Below are positions 17,138 through 24,700 of a stretch of DNA of 32,254 nucleotides, in pieces. The notes below the pieces were generated by a model. That model worked only from the letters and a program-made list of their open reading frames with translations, did not search any database and had not been told where the DNA came from. The translations under genes and the position numbers were made by a program. The DNA is taken from the NCBI GenBank assembly GCA_964606965.1, contig CAZSHK010000004.1:4170-36423 (forward strand), written 5' to 3'. This DNA comes from an uncultured Candidatus Saccharibacteria bacterium. Its GTDB lineage: Bacteria; Patescibacteriota; Saccharimonadia; Saccharimonadales; CAYVSP01. How positions within the stretch are numbered: position 1 is the first letter of the stretch; each line of letters opens with the position of its first letter.

Positions 17138-18280
17138 ATGATTCCGAGGGTTATAAAAAAACTAAAAATGAAACGAAAAGCAGGCCTCACTCGCTATTCA
17201 GTTGTGCCGCTGGCAATTATGACGGCGGTCTTTGGCTTTACTGTAATTGCGCACCCTCTGGTGCTAGCAGACCGTTTTGATGATCAAATTAATGCTCTTA
17301 GGGCTCAAAATAACCAGAACAGTGCAGCTCGAGCTCAACTAGGTGCCGAAGCTGCCAGTTTGGCTGATGCTGTGTTTAAGCTGCAACAACAAATTGACAC
17401 ACTTCAAGCTCAGATCAATGCCAATCAAGCAAAAAGTGATGATTTACAGCGACAGATTGCTGCTGCTCAAGCAGAACTAGAACAGCAAAAAGCAATTCTA
17501 GGTGAAAACATCAAAACCATGTACTTGGAAGGACAGATTAGTACGCTTGAAATGCTGGCTTCTAGTAAAGACTTGAGTGATTTTGTTGATAAGCAGCAAT
17601 ACCGAAATTCGGTGTCGGATAAGATTAAATCAACCGTTCAAAAAATTACTGACTTAAAACTACAATTAGCTAAGCAACAAGAAGAAGTCGATAAGTTATT
17701 AGTTGATCAACGGGCCATGAATGTCCAGTTAGATGGTCAACGGGCTGAGCAAGCTGCCTTATTGGCTGCTAATGAGGGTCAACAGGCCAATTTGAGCTCC
17801 CAGATTAAGTCTAATAACGGTCAAATATCTGAATTACGCCGCCAACAGGCCATTGAAAACTCCCGCTACAACATAGGCAGCATGAAAGGTGATCCCAACA
17901 ATGGTGGTTATCCATCAGTCTGGGCAAATGCACCGCAAGACAGCCAGATAGATAACTGGGGCATGTATAACCGAGAATGTGTTAGCTTTACTGCCTGGAA
18001 AGTTTGGAACAGTGGACGGCACATGCCTTATTGGGGCGGCATCGGTAATGCTAACCAATGGGACGACAATGCTCGGGCTTCCGGTATTCCTGTTGACGGC
18101 ACACCTCGGGAAGGCGATGTGGCCATTAGTAATTCTGGCCCATACGGTCACGCCATGTATGTTGAATCTGTTGGTGGCAACGGAACCATTTACGTTTCTC
18201 AGTACAATGCTGCGTTGAATGGTCAGTACTCAGAGGGCTGGAGGTACACCACCGGCCTAGTCTTCATCCATTTCCAGTAA
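17138..18280 (+). CDS. PcsB-like secreted peptidoglycan hydrolase: signal anchor, long Q-rich coiled coil, C-terminal CHAP domain
   Basis: CHAP catalytic Cys (NRECVSFTAWKV) and His (GHAMYVESV). About 200 aa of heptad-like Q/A/L-rich sequence. ATG 17138 has AAGAGG 6 nt upstream. Confidence 0.85.
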   Translation: MIPRVIKKLKMKRKAGLTRYSVVPLAIMTAVFGFTVIAHPLVLADRFDDQINALRAQNNQNSAARAQLGAEAASLADAVFKLQQQIDTLQAQINANQAKSDDLQRQIAAAQAELEQQKAILGENIKTMYLEGQISTLEMLASSKDLSDFVDKQQYRNSVSDKIKSTVQKITDLKLQLAKQQEEVDKLLVDQRAMNVQLDGQRAEQAALLAANEGQQANLSSQIKSNNGQISELRRQQAIENSRYNIGSMKGDPNNGGYPSVWANAPQDSQIDNWGMYNRECVSFTAWKVWNSGRHMPYWGGIGNANQWDDNARASGIPVDGTPREGDVAISNSGPYGHAMYVESVGGNGTIYVSQYNAALNGQYSEGWRYTTGLVFIHFQ

Positions 18281-18447
18281 AAGCTACAGGCCGCGATCGT
18301 CCTGCTGGCTAGCGGAGCTGGCCACCTGACGATCACTCTTGGCGCATTACGGCGCCAGCCGTTCCAGTACTCATTCACCGTATTACCTATACGCCTCATT
18401 CCGTGCTTCACGGCTTCCTTGTGCTGCAACCAAGCCTGTAGCCTTTA
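18278..18447 (+). repeat. Copy 1 of a ~170 nt structured intergenic repeat (candidate ncRNA family)
   Basis: Homologous to 24511-24679 and 29614-29785. Helices: P1 18283-18291/18434-18442, P2 18295-18301/18328-18334, P2a 18306-18312/18318-18324, P3 18341-18345/18352-18356, P5 18357-18362/18410-18415, P4 18379-18383/18389-18393. Confidence 0.8.
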
Positions 18448-18553
18448 AGCTTTATAGGATAGTAGCTAGCCAAAATTGTTAATTGAGTTGAGCTAAGTAA
18501 TTTATGGGGTTTTCAGCTGGGGTTCAGGAATAGTATGCGATAATGGTTAGCGA

Positions 18554-19768
18554 ATGTCAGAAATAGAGACTGAAGTTAAAAAGCAACGGCAGTGGCCACG
18601 CTTACTGATAGGCTCGTTCCTAGCTTTAGCTATTTTTATTGCTGGGATAGGAGTAGGTAACGGTAGTATTCATGTGTCACTCGGACGTTTTACATCGAAA
18701 CCAGTTGCCAAGAACTTACCGGCCAATTTGGATTATCGGGCAGTTGAACAAGTTTATGATTCACTTAAGGCCAACTACGATGGCCAACTCGATATCAATA
18801 AACTGCTTGATGGCCTGAAGCAGGGTCTGGTGACGGCCAGCGGTGATCCTTACTCTGAATACTTTAATCCCAATCAGGCGACAGATTTCAGTAACGAGCT
18901 CAGCGGCACTTTTACTGGCATAGGAGCCGAGTTGGGCAAAGATGCCAATGATAATATTGTCGTTATTGCCCCCATTAGTGGCTTTCCGGCTGAAAAGGCT
19001 GGCCTAAGACCTAAAGATATAGTTGTTGAAGTTGATGGTAAGAGCACCGCGGATATGACGGTCAGTCAGGCTGTAGATAAAATTCGCGGTCCTAAAGACA
19101 CACAGGTGAAATTAAAAATTATTCGCGGCACAACCCCACAAGAAATTTCAATTACACGTGCCACCATCACTGTTCCAAGTGTTACCTCAAAAATTTTAGA
19201 GGGCAACGTTGGTTATCTTAAGATCAGTCGTTTTGGTGAAGATACAGTCAGTTTAAGTCAAAAAGCCGCCCAGGACTTCAAAGACAAGAATGTTAGGACT
19301 GTGGTCCTAGATATGCGCAGTGATCCCGGTGGTTTGCTCGAAGCCGCCGTCAAAGTGTCTAGTCTTTGGCTGCCGCCTGGCAAGACGGTGCTGACTGAAA
19401 GGCGAGGTGGCGTAGTCGATCGCACGTATTCATCTAGTGGTAATGCAATCTTGCAGGGCCTAAAGACAGTCGTACTGATAGATGAAGGCAGTGCCAGTGC
19501 CAGTGAAATAACAGCCGGTGCTTTAAAAGACAACGGTGCAGCTACGCTCGTGGGCAAAAAGAGCTTTGGTAAGGGTAGTGTTCAGCAGTTGATTAATTTT
19601 AAAGACGGCAGCGAACTAAAAGTTACTGTTGCTCGTTGGTACACACCAAACGGACGCAATATTGATAAAGAAGGCATTGAACCAGATAAGAAAGTTGATC
19701 GCAGCGCGGACGACATTAAAAATAACAAAGATCCGCAACTCGATGCGGCCATAGCATCTCTAAAGTAG
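18554..19768 (+). CDS. ctpA: Carboxy-terminal processing protease (S41 family) with PDZ domain
   Basis: N-terminal TM anchor, PDZ (GFPAEKAGLRPKDIVVEVDG), S41 catalytic region (DMRSDPGG, GSASASEI, KSFGKGSVQ). Confidence 0.9.
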   Translation: MSEIETEVKKQRQWPRLLIGSFLALAIFIAGIGVGNGSIHVSLGRFTSKPVAKNLPANLDYRAVEQVYDSLKANYDGQLDINKLLDGLKQGLVTASGDPYSEYFNPNQATDFSNELSGTFTGIGAELGKDANDNIVVIAPISGFPAEKAGLRPKDIVVEVDGKSTADMTVSQAVDKIRGPKDTQVKLKIIRGTTPQEISITRATITVPSVTSKILEGNVGYLKISRFGEDTVSLSQKAAQDFKDKNVRTVVLDMRSDPGGLLEAAVKVSSLWLPPGKTVLTERRGGVVDRTYSSSGNAILQGLKTVVLIDEGSASASEITAGALKDNGAATLVGKKSFGKGSVQQLINFKDGSELKVTVARWYTPNGRNIDKEGIEPDKKVDRSADDIKNNKDPQLDAAIASLK

Positions 19769-19831
19769 TATTTTAGCTTGCTGCCTCAAGCGGTATGGGG
19801 TAGGATAGTAACGAACAAATAGGGGAGCGGT

Positions 19832-21433
19832 GTGTCCAAGAAACCGACTAAGTACATATTTGTAACAGGCGGCGTGCTTTCTGGATTAGGAAAGGGTATT
19901 ACTGCCGCTTCAATTGGCAACCTCCTCAAAGCCCGCGGGCTCAAAGTTAATCTGCAGAAATGTGACCCATATCTAAATGTGGATGCTGGTTTATTAAATC
20001 CGCGCGAACACGGCGAATGCTTTGTTACTAAAGATGGCGCCGAGACCGATCTTGACCTTGGCCATTACGAGCGTTTCATTGACGAAGAAATGACCACCGC
20101 CAGCAGCCTAATGAGCGGGCGTGTGCTGCTGAAGCTAATTCAAGATGAGCGGGCCGGCAAGTTTGACGGAGATGACGTACAGATAATCCCACACCTAACA
20201 GGGGCAATTCAAGACTGGATCATTAGTGCTGGTGAGGGTTTTGATGTTCATATTGTGGAAATTGGGGGCACGGTAGGTGACTACGAATCACTGTCATTTA
20301 TTGAAGCTATTCGCGAACTGGGCGTAAGAGTCGGGCTTGATAACTGTCTATATATTCATGTGGTCTACTTGCCATATCTTGGTGCCAGCAATGAGACCAA
20401 GACAAAACCGGCACAAAACTCGGTGCGTGAACTACGCGCGCTGGGTATTGCACCGGATATTTTGGTAGGGCGCAGCGAAAAACCGGCCAACGCTAATGTT
20501 AAGCGTAAGCTAAGTCTGTTTAGCGGTGTGCCACAAGAAGCTATTGCATTATTGCCCAATGCCCGCAGCATTTATGAGGTGCCCCTGACTATTGAAGACA
20601 GTGGAATAATCAACGTCATAACTAAAAAACTTGACGTCAAAGCATCTAAACCCCATTTAAAAGAATGGCGGGCAGTTGTTGAGCGGGCAACCGCCAAGCA
20701 TCCGCAGACTATCAAGGTTGGGTTTGTGGCTAAGTACATGGATAACACCGACACCTATATGTCGGTGTTTGAGGCGCTCAAATCGGCCGCTTGGCATCAG
20801 GACGTTGATATAGACATAACTTGGATTGATGCTGCGCAGTACGATGAAACTAAAAACATTACATCTGAGCTTAAAGGCTACGATGGCATAGTTGTACCCG
20901 GTGGTTTTGGCAAGCGTGGTCTAGAGGGCAAGATTAAAGCCGCCCAATATGCTTTGGATAAAAAAGTGCCATATTTAGGGCTCTGTTTAGGTTTGCAGAT
21001 GGCTGTGATTGGTGCAGCCCGTAATGCTGGCCTTAAAGATGCTACAAGTTTTGAGCTTAATCCAGATGGTCCGGATTTAATCATCAATACAATGGCCGAT
21101 CAAAAAGATAAATTACAAACCGGCGGTACTATGCGCCTGGGTAACTACGACTGCCATTTAGAAAAGGGTAGTCTGGCAGCTAAGATCTATGGCAGTACTG
21201 ATATTGTGGAGCGACATCGGCACCGCGGGGAATGTAATAATGCTTATCGTGAACAGTATGAAAAATGGGGTATTCGGGCCACCGGCGTAAACCGTGCCAA
21301 TGATTTAGTTGAGATTATTGAAGGCATTGACCATCCATTTTTACTAGCCAGTCAGTTCCATCCTGAATTTAAATCGCGACCTAATCGGCCGCACCCAATG
21401 TTCCAAGGTTTTGTTAAGGCATGTCTTAAATAA
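19832..21433 (+). CDS. pyrG: CTP synthase
   Basis: GTG start with GGGGAG upstream. N-terminal synthetase domain (KYIFVTGGVLSGLGKGI) and C-terminal glutamine amidotransferase (GLCLGLQ, FHPEF). Confidence 0.95.
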   Translation: MSKKPTKYIFVTGGVLSGLGKGITAASIGNLLKARGLKVNLQKCDPYLNVDAGLLNPREHGECFVTKDGAETDLDLGHYERFIDEEMTTASSLMSGRVLLKLIQDERAGKFDGDDVQIIPHLTGAIQDWIISAGEGFDVHIVEIGGTVGDYESLSFIEAIRELGVRVGLDNCLYIHVVYLPYLGASNETKTKPAQNSVRELRALGIAPDILVGRSEKPANANVKRKLSLFSGVPQEAIALLPNARSIYEVPLTIEDSGIINVITKKLDVKASKPHLKEWRAVVERATAKHPQTIKVGFVAKYMDNTDTYMSVFEALKSAAWHQDVDIDITWIDAAQYDETKNITSELKGYDGIVVPGGFGKRGLEGKIKAAQYALDKKVPYLGLCLGLQMAVIGAARNAGLKDATSFELNPDGPDLIINTMADQKDKLQTGGTMRLGNYDCHLEKGSLAAKIYGSTDIVERHRHRGECNNAYREQYEKWGIRATGVNRANDLVEIIEGIDHPFLLASQFHPEFKSRPNRPHPMFQGFVKACLK

Positions 21434-21471
21434 ACGTAGGCTGTTTGAAAATTACATGTAACTAAGTTACC

Positions 21472-21894
21472 ATGATGGTTATGGATAACGCTGCACCTGT
21501 TACGCCACCTGCCAATGCGGCACCACCTAAAAAGATTCTACTGGTCGAAGACGATGACGCTTTGGCGGCGGTATATCAAACGCGCCTAGAGGCTGAAGGC
21601 TTTGCTATTAAGCGTGTTCCGAATGGAGAAGACGCCCTGGCTTCTGCCCAAGCCTATCGGCCCGATTTAATTCTGCTTGATGTCATGATGCCCAAAGTCA
21701 GTGGTTTTGATGTGCTTGATATTTTGCGTAATACGCCGGAGACGGCCAACATAAAAGTGGTTATGCTTACGGCTCTAAGTCAGGAAAGTGATAAGGAGCG
21801 AGCCCGCTCTTTAGGAGTTGACGACTATTTGGTAAAAAGCCAGGTGGTAATTGCAGACGTGGTTGAACGAATTCGACACCATTTAGGCCTATAG
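21472..21894 (+). CDS. Single-domain response regulator (receiver only)
   Basis: VEDDD acidic cluster, phospho-acceptor Asp in LILLDVMMP, Thr in MLTA, Lys in YLVKS. Paralogous to 7428-7808. No output domain. Confidence 0.88.
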   Translation: MMVMDNAAPVTPPANAAPPKKILLVEDDDALAAVYQTRLEAEGFAIKRVPNGEDALASAQAYRPDLILLDVMMPKVSGFDVLDILRNTPETANIKVVMLTALSQESDKERARSLGVDDYLVKSQVVIADVVERIRHHLGL

Positions 21895-21935
21895 AACAAA
21901 CAGGCGGTATTAAAGGCCCACACAACCTCGGCAGA

Positions 21936-21964
21936 TTGACCAAGCATTTAGCTTATGTTATAAT
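21936..21964 (+). promoter_or_regulatory. Promoter of orphan gene 1: TTGACC, 17 nt spacer, TATAAT; ATG begins 8 nt after the -10 (leaderless or 1-2 nt leader)
   Basis: -35 at 21936-21941, -10 at 21959-21964, ATG at 21973. Shares CAGATTGAC and GCTTATGTTAT with the next promoter. Confidence 0.6.
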
Positions 21965-21972
21965 ATAACTAT

Positions 21973-22524
21973 ATGTCTGATCTTCCCGAATTTGATCCTA
22001 GTTTCGACCCATCTGCTGAAGCAGCTGAACTTGATAATGGGCTTACAACTATGACGGAAAATAATATTGAAGCTGTGAAACAACTATTTGAAACGCCTCC
22101 AAGGATTATTGCCGATATAGAACTGGAACATCTACCCGAAATGTATGATCATCAAGTTACGGTAGTGAGTGACGATGCACGTCACCGGGCTTTGCTTGAT
22201 GATCAGTTGAAGGTACTCGGCGTAAGACAGTTAGTGGTCGAAGAACCATACCTAAGCGGAACACGTCGTTTATATGAAGCTGAGATGCTAGTTGGTAAAG
22301 AGTCGAAGCAAGTAGGACTAGCTTACTGGTTGGACGAGCAGCACACTCAGGATACTAAAAGGGGAGCGGTTCTTAGATTACGGGCAACTCGTGATGACCC
22401 ACGTCAGCCAACAGAGTTTCAAAAGGCAGCAAGCTCGCTGAGACAAGAAGTGGGAGCCAGGATTGGTTTGAGACGCCGTATTGGTCAACACCTACTTACG
22501 CCAAGCCCACGACGCTGGGAATAA
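21973..22524 (+). CDS. Hypothetical protein (183 aa; acidic N-terminus, Arg-rich C-terminus)
   Basis: Clean ORF directly behind a near-consensus promoter. No recognisable domain, TM helix or signal peptide. Confidence 0.6.
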   Translation: MSDLPEFDPSFDPSAEAAELDNGLTTMTENNIEAVKQLFETPPRIIADIELEHLPEMYDHQVTVVSDDARHRALLDDQLKVLGVRQLVVEEPYLSGTRRLYEAEMLVGKESKQVGLAYWLDEQHTQDTKRGAVLRLRATRDDPRQPTEFQKAASSLRQEVGARIGLRRRIGQHLLTPSPRRWE

Positions 22525-22526
22525 CA

Positions 22527-22568
22527 CCGTAACATCAGATTGACTTTTCATTATGCTTATGTTATTAT
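22527..22568 (+). promoter_or_regulatory. Promoter of orphan gene 2: conserved 18-mer CCGTAACATCAGATTGAC including the -35 TTGACT, 17 nt spacer, TATTAT; leaderless
   Basis: 18-mer at 22527-22544 (identical at 23291-23308). -10 at 22563-22568; ATG 22575 is the 7th nt after the -10. Confidence 0.6.
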
Positions 22569-22574
22569 AGAATC

Positions 22575-23279
22575 ATGAACGGTTCAGAAAAGCGCGCAGA
22601 AATAACCGAACCCAAACTCACTAGTGGCAGACGGATAGCTAGAGGACTCCGTCAAATCTTTAAATCAGGTAAATCAGAACGTGCCATACCAGCACATACT
22701 ACCGATACGGACGAGCCATCTCTTAAAGGTTGGGCAGATGCCCGTAATCGAATTGATGAAAGGTTCAGAGAATCGGCTGAAATGCATAAGTTGATCGAGG
22801 AGGGTGGACCAGTAGCTGAGCTTCTAGGCAAGTTTAATAGTCGCTTGGCCGATATTGCCGGTGGTAAGATTGCTGCCGCGAAAGTTATGTTGTCGGCTAA
22901 CGAGGTTACCACTCAAGAAGCAGTGAAGGGTCTGACGGGAGCGCTATTACCCGAACCTATGGATATAAGCGGATTGTTCAGTATGCTTTACGGTGGAAAC
23001 ACCCAAGATATAGAACTTGAGCCCGTAAGACATTATAGAGAGAGGCCTTTTTCTGCGACCGATGCCTACGGACTTTCGTTATTTAGCGCACAGCCCATCG
23101 CAACATATGTGATGGATGGTTATCACAACCGGGCAATGAAAGAACTAATTGTTCCCACTGAAGTGGCTGGGGTATCATTGGTATTTTCATCACTCGGTCT
23201 CACGCATCCAGATAATATGTCAGAAAATCCGTTTACGATTGGCTTGGTCATTGGTGATCCGGCACTCGGCGTAGCATAA
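22575..23279 (+). CDS. Hypothetical protein (234 aa)
   Basis: Clean ORF behind its own promoter. No recognisable domain. Confidence 0.6.
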   Translation: MNGSEKRAEITEPKLTSGRRIARGLRQIFKSGKSERAIPAHTTDTDEPSLKGWADARNRIDERFRESAEMHKLIEEGGPVAELLGKFNSRLADIAGGKIAAAKVMLSANEVTTQEAVKGLTGALLPEPMDISGLFSMLYGGNTQDIELEPVRHYRERPFSATDAYGLSLFSAQPIATYVMDGYHNRAMKELIVPTEVAGVSLVFSSLGLTHPDNMSENPFTIGLVIGDPALGVA

Positions 23280-23290
23280 AAACAACAACG

Positions 23291-23332
23291 CCGTAACATC
23301 AGATTGACAATACATAGAATTTATGCTAATAT
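23291..23332 (+). promoter_or_regulatory. Promoter of orphan gene 3: the same 18-mer with -35 TTGACA, 17 nt spacer, TAATAT; short leader with AGGA
   Basis: 18-mer at 23291-23308, -10 at 23327-23332, AGGA at 23341-23344, ATG at 23355. Confidence 0.6.
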
Positions 23333-23354
23333 GTGTTTTTAGGAAACAAAACAA

Positions 23355-24233
23355 ATGTCTCTAGCCGAAGCATCATCGTCACCACCCCCAGAATTGAGGC
23401 AAGCGCCTTTTGGTAGCGCTAATCTTCGTCCGGAGGAACTGGCGTTTGTAGAAGCCAGAATGCAAGAGCGCGATGCTCAACCACCCCAAGCTTATGAACA
23501 ACCTATTAATCATGAGGAATACGCGGAAGATTTCAGTAACTGGCTTAATGGTAACCTTGATCCGGAAACGGGGATGCAGACCTTCTACCGCTTTGTTTAT
23601 GAACCGGCAGTGGAGGCCGTTCAACAGTATGGCGGCGTAACTTCACGGGTAGTTCAAAATTTTGGAGCTGGTAGTGAGGTAGCTGCCTATGACGCTCTAA
23701 GGCAACTTTCTGAGGGACAGGTAACTGAGGATATAAAAGCCGTTTTTGCTAACTTCAGACCGTTTATGGACAGGCACCGGCACAGTGGAGGTCGTTTGAA
23801 AGACCAAAGAGATGCCGTAGACAACCTGTTGAGCGATGGCCAAGTAGGTGATCTGATTAAGGAGTACGCTGTTCAAGCGGCTGCCGAAATAGCTGCTCCA
23901 GCTGATCCGGATGCTTTGTTTGGTATGGCTATTCATGATAGCAATAGTGGTTCGCCTAGGCGTGGTACTTTTGAGGAGCTTTTTTATGGCGCACTTCACT
24001 TTACGAGTAAGGCAGATTTGAACAAGGCAGATGCGTCATGGAATCATGCAACACATCGTATTACCGTCAAAGTCTACCCCGGCCAGCTAGCACCAACCGG
24101 TAGGTTTGAGGATGGTGCATTTGTTGGCGAATTTCACGATATAGAGTGGGAATGGACAGGCTTCGGAGCCATCTATCCCATAAATGATGAACAAATTATT
24201 GTCGAGCGGGTGCAGGACATTAAGTCAGATTAA
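23355..24233 (+). CDS. Hypothetical protein (292 aa, acidic)
   Basis: Clean ORF with no recognisable domain. Ends 4 nt from the stop of convergent rpmA. Confidence 0.6.
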   Translation: MSLAEASSSPPPELRQAPFGSANLRPEELAFVEARMQERDAQPPQAYEQPINHEEYAEDFSNWLNGNLDPETGMQTFYRFVYEPAVEAVQQYGGVTSRVVQNFGAGSEVAAYDALRQLSEGQVTEDIKAVFANFRPFMDRHRHSGGRLKDQRDAVDNLLSDGQVGDLIKEYAVQAAAEIAAPADPDALFGMAIHDSNSGSPRRGTFEELFYGALHFTSKADLNKADASWNHATHRITVKVYPGQLAPTGRFEDGAFVGEFHDIEWEWTGFGAIYPINDEQIIVERVQDIKSD

Positions 24234-24237
24234 TAGA

Positions 24238-24510
24238 TTATTCGACGGTGACTTCAGTGCGTGAGACAGATTTACCTGAGAATAAGCGAACTCGACGCTG
24301 TTTGAATGTGACTACGCCATCTTTAGCAGCATGGATGGTAAAGTTGCGGGAAGTGAAGGTGCCTACGCCACCGCGCTTAGAAGCACCAACCTGTCGAATA
24401 ATAACCTGACCACGCTTAACAGCTTGGCCGCCGAATAGCTTAACACCCAGGCGCTGACCGGGACTATCATGGACATTTTTGGCTGTTCCACCAGCTTTAA
24501 CATGTGACAT
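24238..24510 (-). CDS. rpmA: 50S ribosomal protein L27
   Basis: MSHVKAGGTAKN...RLGVKLFGGQ...IIRQVG matches the L27 family pattern. SD AAGAGG is 6 nt upstream, on the complement of 24517-24522. Confidence 0.93.
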   Translation of the reverse strand: MSHVKAGGTAKNVHDSPGQRLGVKLFGGQAVKRGQVIIRQVGASKRGGVGTFTSRNFTIHAAKDGVVTFKQRRVRLFSGKSVSRTEVTVE

Positions 24511-24679
24511 TTAGAACCTCTTGCCAGTCAGCCTGCTTCCATGCAGAGCATGAAACTCTGCTGACTTCTTGGCGCATTGCGGCGTCAGCTTAGCTCTGTC
24601 ACTCGTTCACCGTACAACATGTACGACTCACTCGTTCCTCGCTAGCTTCCTTGCACTGCATCCAAGCAAGAGGCTCTAA
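24511..24679 (+). repeat. Copy 2 of the structured intergenic repeat (candidate ncRNA); + strand orientation, antisense to the flanking genes
   Basis: Helices: P0 24511-24515/24675-24679, P1 24517-24524/24666-24673, P2 24526-24532/24560-24566, P2a 24540-24544/24548-24552, P3 24571-24575/24582-24586, P5 24587-24594/24641-24647, P4 24611-24615/24621-24625. Confidence 0.8.
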
Positions 24680-24700
24680 AGACTGGACTGTTAACTTACA

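Noticed and set aside
18223-18429. Minus-strand ORF over repeat copy 1. There are also short conserved-looking mini-ORFs on the minus strand of all three repeat copies, starting MQ(H/C/Y)KEA.
   Set aside because: The start is TTG in copy 1, and no copy has an SD. The peptides end at different lengths (about 17, 20 and 68 aa) and go out of frame after the first six codons. The shared residues are explained by the conserved nucleotide block CTGCAnCCAAG/GCTTCCTTG. Pairing covariation argues for structure rather than coding.
18278-18447. The structured repeat as an intrinsic terminator, tRNA-like gene or simple palindromic REP/MITE.
   Set aside because: It has no U-tract after any helix and no cloverleaf or anticodon-arm geometry. 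It is a multi-branched architecture with compensatory divergence rather than one long imperfect palindrome with near-identical copies. It is kept as a candidate novel element.
21973-24233. The orphan three-gene cassette as a horizontally acquired island, based on composition.
   Set aside because: Spot counts of GC content across the cassette were mixed. I cannot compute composition or codon statistics reliably by eye. No integrase, tRNA or flanking direct repeats are present.
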